Origin: a virus
Taxonomy: Duplodnaviria > Caudoviricetes
Virus record (IMG/VR): IMGVR_UViG_3300031519_000083
Location: 1 to 36,525 of that record
Reading direction: 5' to 3' (one strand)
Length of the DNA: 36,525 bases
The notes beneath the pieces were generated by a model. That model did no database searches and was not told the DNA's origin. It was given only the letters and a program-made list of their open reading frames with translations. Both the position numbers and the translations under genes were made by a program. Of this stretch, positions 1-7,300 are shown piece after piece; the first letter of the stretch is position 1; each line of letters starts with the position of its first letter.

Positions 1-23
1 ATACACATGAAGTGTATGTAATT

Positions 24-54
24 AAAAAAGGGGATCTCGTTTGAGGTCCCCTTT
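24..54. terminator. Bidirectional rho-independent terminator
   Basis: Inverted repeat AAAGGGGATCTC-gttt-GAGGTCCCCTTT with A/T tracts on both sides. It lies after the last minus-strand ORF and just after an in-frame TAA at 19-21 on the + strand (possible end of a convergent gene). Confidence 0.85.
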
Positions 55-92
55 CTGGTTACAGGAATTTTGGGTATGGTACGCCCAGTGTG

Positions 93-173
93 TTATTCCT
101 TGTATTTGTGAAACATTAATTTATACATTAATCTATTCCATTGGTGTTGTAAATTGTCAATAAATTTTTTCAT
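93..173 (-). CDS. Small hypothetical protein, 26 aa (MKKFIDNLQHQWNRLMYKLMFHKYKE)
   Basis: Hand-translated, below the ORF-track cutoff. ATG is 3 nt after the upstream stop, in an A-rich initiation context. Confidence 0.5.
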   Translation of the reverse strand: MKKFIDNLQHQWNRLMYKLMFHKYKE

Positions 174-176
174 AGT

Positions 177-299
177 TTATTTTTTTTTAGTATGGCCAAA
201 GCCTTTTTTCTTTAAAGCTAAATGCTCTTTAATTGTTTTAACAAATTTAACTACACCGCCTTTGCCATACATTTTATGAGGTTCAAACTTATTTTTCAT
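177..299 (-). CDS. Small basic phage protein, 40 aa (MKNKFEPHKMYGKGGVVKFVKTIKEHLALKKKGFGHTKKK)
   Basis: Hand-translated and tightly packed in the operon. F-x-P-H-x-M-Y...T-x-x-x-H-L-x-L-x-x-x-G-[YF]-x-H pattern, recalled from small marine phage proteins. Confidence 0.75.
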   Translation of the reverse strand: MKNKFEPHKMYGKGGVVKFVKTIKEHLALKKKGFGHTKKK

Positions 300-310
300 A
301 ATCTATTCTT

Positions 311-580
311 TTATTTTTCTCCACATTTTTTACTAGGGTCACCGACTTGTCTCCAGTCTTGCCTTACCCAGTCTTTTAGGTTTTTGCTAGCTGTACCGGT
401 AACATTGCTTTTACTAGATCTTTTATATTTACCTTTACTAGCAGCAGACTTCTTGGCGTTTATAACTTTTTGCTTATCCTCAGTACTCATACTGGCTATC
501 TTAGCTTTAGGTAGACATACTTTTCTAGTGCCGCCGCCTTTTGTTTTCTGCTTAAAAGGATTATCTATATAGAAAGCCAT
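311..580 (-). CDS. Small basic phage protein (DUF5872-like motifs)
   Basis: ORF track 311..586. Start reassigned to ATG at 580 (MAFYIDNPF), which overlaps the upstream TAA as TAATG. Contains VCLPKAK and LKDWVRQDW motifs; Lys-rich. Confidence 0.75.
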   Translation of the reverse strand: MAFYIDNPFKQKTKGGGTRKVCLPKAKIASMSTEDKQKVINAKKSAASKGKYKRSSKSNVTGTASKNLKDWVRQDWRQVGDPSKKCGEK

Positions 581-807
581 TAGCACTTACCTTTTTTTTG
601 TTGCTTTGAAGCCCACATGTTTGCATAAGCAGATGGATATACATCAAACTTCTTTTTAGCAGCTGCTTTACATTTTGATGATATTTTTAAATTAAGAGGT
701 GACTCCATATCATCTATATGCTTATCAATTTCTTTTGACTGGCTTAAATGCATTTTAGAAGCATTTTGTAATTCACCTACTATTTCTTTTAGTCTGTTCT
801 TTTTCAT
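580..807 (-). CDS. Small basic phage protein with KFDVYPSAYAN motif
   Basis: 75-aa ORF in the operon. C-terminal AKKKFDVYPSAYANMW motif recalled from small phage proteins (DUF5872-like). Confidence 0.75.
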   Translation of the reverse strand: MKKNRLKEIVGELQNASKMHLSQSKEIDKHIDDMESPLNLKISSKCKAAAKKKFDVYPSAYANMWASKQQKKGKC

Positions 808-809
808 AA

Positions 810-968
810 TTATATTTTTTCACAACTACCTTTAGCTCCTTTATTAGTTCCAGATACTCTTTTAAAACCTTTCCAGCAGGATTTTTTCATTTGAAAAGGA
901 CTATTATGACCTTTACCTAAAGCTTTTAACCTAGCTTCGTTATCCCACCATTCTCTGTTTTTTTCCAT
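810..968 (-). CDS. Small basic phage protein, 52 aa, CWKG...GSC motif
   Basis: Hand-translated MEKNREWWDNEARLKALGKGHNSPFQMKKSCWKGFKRVSGTNKGAKGSCEKI. Fills the gap between the endolysin and the next ORF almost exactly. Confidence 0.75.
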   Translation of the reverse strand: MEKNREWWDNEARLKALGKGHNSPFQMKKSCWKGFKRVSGTNKGAKGSCEKI

Positions 969-972
969 ATCT

Positions 973-1359
973 TTATTTTTTAGTTGTTTTACTCCATCGG
1001 GCTCTTGTTCCTCTGATATCTACATGTGTAAATGTATTGTATATTCCAACTCCACCTAGTGTAAATGACTCATTTTTCATTAAATCATCTGTAATAGTAG
1101 CTATCTCGCTAGGGCTAAATTGTTTTGACTTAATGTCTGCGGCTTTACCTTTTAAATGTTGTGAATTTGTAGATCCACCGACGTCAGTATTATGTTCTTT
1201 ACAGCGATAAGCATTGGTTAGATCTAATCTACCTACAAAGTCTCTTAGAACCTGTAAATTGTCTGCTAATTCAATTATGTTTTTCTTTACAAACTCAGGC
1301 ATTTTACACCCACATTTGCATTCAAACTCTTCTAAGTTAAAATTATTTGTTAACTTCAT
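973..1359 (-). CDS. Peptidase M15A family Zn-peptidase, probable endolysin
   Basis: NFNLEEFECKCGC N-terminus, AYRC...HN...VGG, SQHLKGKAADI (SxHxxGxAxD) and FTHVDIRG motifs. Confidence 0.92.
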   Translation of the reverse strand: MKLTNNFNLEEFECKCGCKMPEFVKKNIIELADNLQVLRDFVGRLDLTNAYRCKEHNTDVGGSTNSQHLKGKAADIKSKQFSPSEIATITDDLMKNESFTLGGVGIYNTFTHVDIRGTRARWSKTTKK

Positions 1360-4300
1360 TAATATCCAGATATTTTTCCTTGGGGATTAACTGTTGGTCT
1401 TTTAATACCCGTTTTTTTCGCCTTAGATTTAGATTTAGTTTTTGATTTTTTCTCAGTCAATCCTAATTCCCACTCATTCCAACCCATTAGCAATGCTATT
1501 CTTTTATAAGTTGCAACCTCTGCATCTGAAGCAGCTTTTAGGTTATTTAACTTCTTTACAACTCTATCAAGCGGTATGTTTGTTGATGCGGAAACAACAT
1601 TACCACCTGCTAAAAACACTGGATTATCTAAACTAAAACCTTTAGATTTAATTTCATCTATATTCCAATCAAAGGCTCTACCTGCTGATTGCATTTTCTG
1701 TAATTTAGATGCAATAGGTGGTGATATTCTTACTACTTCTAAAATTTTATCTTTGTAATTAGAATTTTTCTTTTGTGATTCTTCGTAAAGCTTTATACTT
1801 GTATTTTTCACAACGGTAAATATAGCTCCATATACACCAGTACCTCTAGAAAGACCATCAACCATACCATTTATCGCTTTTGGTACTTTTTCATCTAAAA
1901 TACTTTTATCTTCTTCATCGTCTTCAAACATTAAAGCGAATAAAGCTTGTTGCATGTAGTTAAAAATAAGATTTTGCACAACACCGTAATATAATATCCT
2001 AGATAAATTAGTTTTTGCATCCCCTCGGCCATTCTTAAGATCGCTAGCTGATTTCTTTATTATACGTGCATATTGAGCCGGAGTGTTAGCAAAAGCTAGC
2101 ACAATACGCCCTAATGGTCCAGCTTGCTCCTGGCTAATTTTATCAGGTCTACTTGACTGCTGAGACTCTTCTGCTATCTCTCTAAAGTCTCGCATTGCTT
2201 GTTTATTTGCAGCTATAGGATTCATGCCTCCTTTCACTAAAGAATTAAGTCTATTCCTATAGAAAGTAGATCCACCAGATGCAATAGCAAAACTATCTGC
2301 TAACTGTGTAGGTGTAAAACCTAATTTAAGTAATTTATTAATAACACCTCTAACCCCACTCTCTTTAGCCACGTCAGCAATATCTTGTTCATTTACATTT
2401 ATCTTCAAGCCATCACGTCTTTCAACCAAGAAATCAGAGTTCCATAATGTTTTAAAATCACTCCAGAATTGAAGTTGATTAGCAAAAGCTTTACCAGCCG
2501 CTATAATATTATTGTCGCCAAAGTTTATAAAGTTAACTGCAGATATTAGCTGTAAAGTAGCAGATCTAGTGTTAAAGAACATAATAGCAGCCGTAGATCC
2601 ATTTATCCAGTCAGTGAAACGCTCCACCTGTTTATTACCAAAACCTCTGTTTCTACCACTCTTCATTCTTTTTAAAATATCCTTCATAGCTTCTTTATAA
2701 GACTCACCAAAAGCAGCTTCTAGCTTATTTAGATTTTTAGGAGAAAATATAATGTCTACATTTTGTTGCCATAATTCTAAATATTCTTTTCTACCAGTGG
2801 TATTTAAAGCCTCTAAAAGGTCAGTTGTAATAGTACCAGTGACCCATTTGTCCGAAGGTTTTACATAAGCTCTACCTTTATTAAGTTTCATTATTTCTTG
2901 AGCAAATAACTTTAATTTAGGATCAGATTCCACTAACTCAACTAACTCAGCAATATCTGCTTCAGATAAATCTGGTGTTTTTTCACCTATTTGTTCCCAT
3001 ATATATACGCGTACAGCTTGTTCTCTTGTAAAAAGACTACCTTTTACTTTTTTCTTAAGGTTTTTAGGTACAATTTTTAAATCTCTTTTTAAAGCTCTAA
3101 AGTCTCTACCTAAATTGTTTCTATCTCTAGTTATATTCTCAACTCCTCTAGCATAAGGATCTATTAAATTATCTTTATACCATTTCATTTGAGAATTACC
3201 AACACTACCTTCACCTAAAGTAGCATACAATAAACCCATAAAATCTTCTGCCGACGGAGGAATAAAGAAGTTAAACCTACCTTTTTTCTTACCCATTAAG
3301 CCGGCCTTAACACCTGCAATTGTTTCACTAGAAGCAATACCGGTTTTATTTTCTATTATATCATTAAACTCTTTATCAAGTTTAGGTGCTGCGTTTTTAG
3401 AGAATTTAAGTTCAGCTTCATTAATCTCGTCATCTAGCTCACCCATTCTATCTAAAACATCTTGATTTGTAAAATCACCTGTTAGCCTTTGTGACTCAGG
3501 TAACATGTTATTATTAGATTTTGCAGCTTTATTTACAGATTTGCTAAGTGAAATAAAAGGCTTTTTAATACTCTCTAATTCAGCCATTCTATCAGTATTA
3601 ACAACACTTACACCGTCTGTAATTCTTTCATCGTAAAAAATATCTATGTTTCTGGTGGTTTGTCCAGAAGAATTTATTATTTTTATAGTTTTTGTAGTTA
3701 CTTTTGGCGCTGTAGGTGACCTACCATTTTTACCAACTACTATTTCCTCCTTTATATAACTATCTTCGCTTAACGTTGTATGTGAAATCGTGCGTTTCGT
3801 AACAATATTACCTGTTCTTAAGTCTTTAACAGTGGATATTGATGAATCAAACACTCCATCAGTATATTTACTTTCAATTTTAGTAACAGCTCGCCCACCG
3901 TTATTCATTTTAGTGGGTTCATTTTTTAACCAAAAAGAAATTTTACCATCTTTAAAATCTTTTTGTTCAATAAGGCTTTTATCCGCATCGTAAAGCTTAA
4001 AATCACTTGTTCTGCTCATGAAATCACCTTCACCATATCCAGTAATATCAAAATTACCTTCATAATCAATCGAGCCAATTATCTTGTAGCCAGTATCTTT
4101 ATCTTTACCTAAGTCTACAGTAAGGTTGTCTGATGGTTTATCAAATCTATCCCACCACTGAACCTCATCACTTGTATCATCACCATTGTCATCAATTTCT
4201 ACAGCACCAGGATCTCCTGCGCCACCATCTCTAAGAGACAATAGTTTACCCTTTTGAAAAGCTATTTTATAACCGTAGCCAGTGGCATTTCGATTATACT

Positions 4301-7300
4301 GTTGCCAATGTGTCCATGCTATGTTCATTATGTTTTTAGGATCAACAGGTTTCATAACAGTCCATCTTCTCGCGTTAGGCTCAAATTTAACATATAGGTC
4401 GTCAAGCTTGTTCTTATTATTTTCTGCGAATACCTTAGCTTCTGATTCAGTTTTAAAGCTAGCAATTAATTTTTGTTTAGTCCTAGCTATTAAACACCAA
4501 GGATTAGCATTTTCACCCCAGTTGCTGTCAACTATACTTCTAACAGCTCTTTGGCCTTTTCTAGAATCTTCAACGTCATATACGGTTACACTATCTCCAA
4601 ATTCTTGCTTATTACTAAGTGCTGGCATGTTGTCAGGATTTACTTTTGACGCCTTAATTTCTTCAGTAAACTTGTTTATTAACTCATCTGGATTTGCATA
4701 AGCATACGGATCTATTTTATTTTTATTAGACAATCTAACAACCTCCTCTATTTTATAACCATCTTCAGGAAATCTAGTATAACCATTAACTGTATAATAT
4801 AATGCTAATTTCTTGTACTTAGGTTTTTTGTTTTCTGGAACATTTAACTTATCAGCCCAATCAAATAAGCTTTCAACTTGTTTAGGTATGTTTGCTAGAT
4901 CTGGTCTATTTTTCATTAAAATACTCTCGTACTCAGCTCTTTTTTTCTTAGAGAATTGTATTTCTAACAAAGAATTATGATTACTACCAGGTTGTAAGCC
5001 AAGATTGTTTATTATTTCTTGCTCTCTTACTACTCCTTCAATATTTTTACTAAACATTAAACTAGATTTACCAGCACCTAGATCGGCTTTAGCCTGATTA
5101 CTATCTAGTTTAGACCTACCAACAGTGTTGATAACATTGTCGATGTACATCTTAGTCAATCCAGTCAGTATGCTTCCAAACTCAGTTCTAGCTTCACCTT
5201 TAATAGGTATACTTAAAGTTCCTTTGTTTATTCCAATTAAGCTTTGTAGTTTAGCCACAGAGCTAGGTGATATATTACCTGTAAATTCAGACTTTAATTT
5301 ATAAACATCTGTCTGAGTAGTTTTACCAAGACTTCTTCCGTTTGGACTAGATATACCAGGAATTGCGCCATCTACTTTATCATAAAATATTGCTAAAACC
5401 TTAGGATTAATACCTATTGATCTTCCATAAGTATCTCTAGATACGTCTATAGTTTCACCCTGCTCATTTACAACTGTCTCTTTAGTAGCTATATTATAGT
5501 CTGGCATTGTTTTTATAAACTTTCTAACATCACTATCATTCTTAAACACGTTCTGCAGGGAATTAGCCTCTGAAGACCCACCGCTTTTATCGTATTTTAA
5601 TGTAGCATTACCTCTAGCTTTCTTACCGCTTATACCAAATATAGCCTCAGACACTTTGTCAAAGAATTTATTGTTTAAACTTTTGAAGTTAGGTCTTTCA
5701 TCTTCTTTTATATCTATTACGCTTTCTACAGCTTCTAGTATCGAAGGATCACTTATAGGACCAAAGCTTGTAGCTTTTATCATCTTCTGAGTAGAATCTT
5801 TTAAATCGCTAGGCTTGCTGTCGCTTCCATATAACGTATTAACATCACCTGACATTTCTTTAACAGATCCAACACCACCTGCTTCTACATCAAGACTTTT
5901 ATCAGCTATCTTTCTAAACTTTTCGTAAGTCTGCTGAGCCTTGGGTGCTATGTTATTATATACCCAGGTTGAAAACTTAGAATCTCCAGGTTTATAAGAC
6001 TCTATTATTCTAGGTAGAAATTCTCTTAAATAATCTTTAACTTCGTCTCTATCATAATCTCCTTTTCTAGTATCGTACTTTATAGCTCTTAAAGCCATGT
6101 TATCGAAAGACTCAACTAAATCAGCTTCAGCTTTTGCTTTTTCTTTGATAGAAGTATCTTTTGATTTTATAGTTTCTATTAAACCTTCGTTATCGTATAC
6201 TTTTTTAGGAGCTGATTTTTCTTTAGTTGAAGATTCTTTTTTAACACTAGGTTTTTTAGCTTGTCTTATTTTTAATTCTAAGTTAGATTTTTGAGCATCA
6301 AAGTCTCCTTCGTCCATCTCAAATTCTCTGTCTATTAAATCTTCTAGTTCAGTGTTAAGTTCTGAAACTGATTTAGATAAACTAACGCCGCTCACTTTAC
6401 CATCTCCATCTTTACCGGCAAGTGCTTTCAAAGATCCTTTAAAATTACCCTTACTGTAAGCCTTGTTGTAATCTTTTATAAAGTTTATAACCCCCTCAGC
6501 TTTATCGAATCTTATGTTTCTAAGGCCTAAGTCTTGAAAAATTCGTCTAAAGAAATCCTGTATTTTTGTTATACTAGACTCATTTAGTTTTACCTCTTTG
6601 TTAGTTACAGCCTCTGAGAATAAAGGAAGAATTTCTTCAAAGAACTTTTCAACAGTAATTTTATTATCAGTAGCATAGCTTTCTATACGTGCTACAATAC
6701 TTGAAGAGGATGAAGAGGATGCTAGTATTTCTTTTAAAAGCAACTCCCCAGCCTGTTGAACTAGCTCTGGTTTTGATGACATAGAAGCTTTTAGAAGTTT
6801 ATGTAAAAATTCATGTTGACCAGTTGTAACAACTCTATTACTAAGTGCAGAAGCTTTGTTTATAACTAAAATTTCTTTACCATCAGCATCCACTACAAAT
6901 GTTCCGTAAGAATCTTTAGTTTCTTTAGCGTACTCCTTAGATTGACCAACGCTTATTAAAAATTCTTCCATTTTATCATCGGCAGATCCATCTTGATCGT
7001 CCTCAAATATTTTGGTTTCATCTATTTTTTGACCAATAGAATTTAAAGACTTTGCAAAATTACTTACATCTTTATCAAATCTTTCAGTTATACTTCTTTT
7101 TATACTGCTATTTTCTATTTCACTATCAATTTCTTTAATTCTATCGTTTATAGGACCATGAAAAGAAGAGTCTGTGTTTTTCTTTTTCTCTATTAATTTC
7201 TTTTTCTGAATTAATAATTCTATCTGATCAGATGAAACGTCTTCTGGAGCCGTATTCATGACGCTAGCAACATCTCTAACAAACACTCTGGCTTTATTTA

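Noticed and set aside
1-21. 3' end of a convergent + strand gene (...IHMKCM-stop)
   Set aside because: Plausible given the bidirectional terminator, but only six codons are visible, so it is not reported as a feature.
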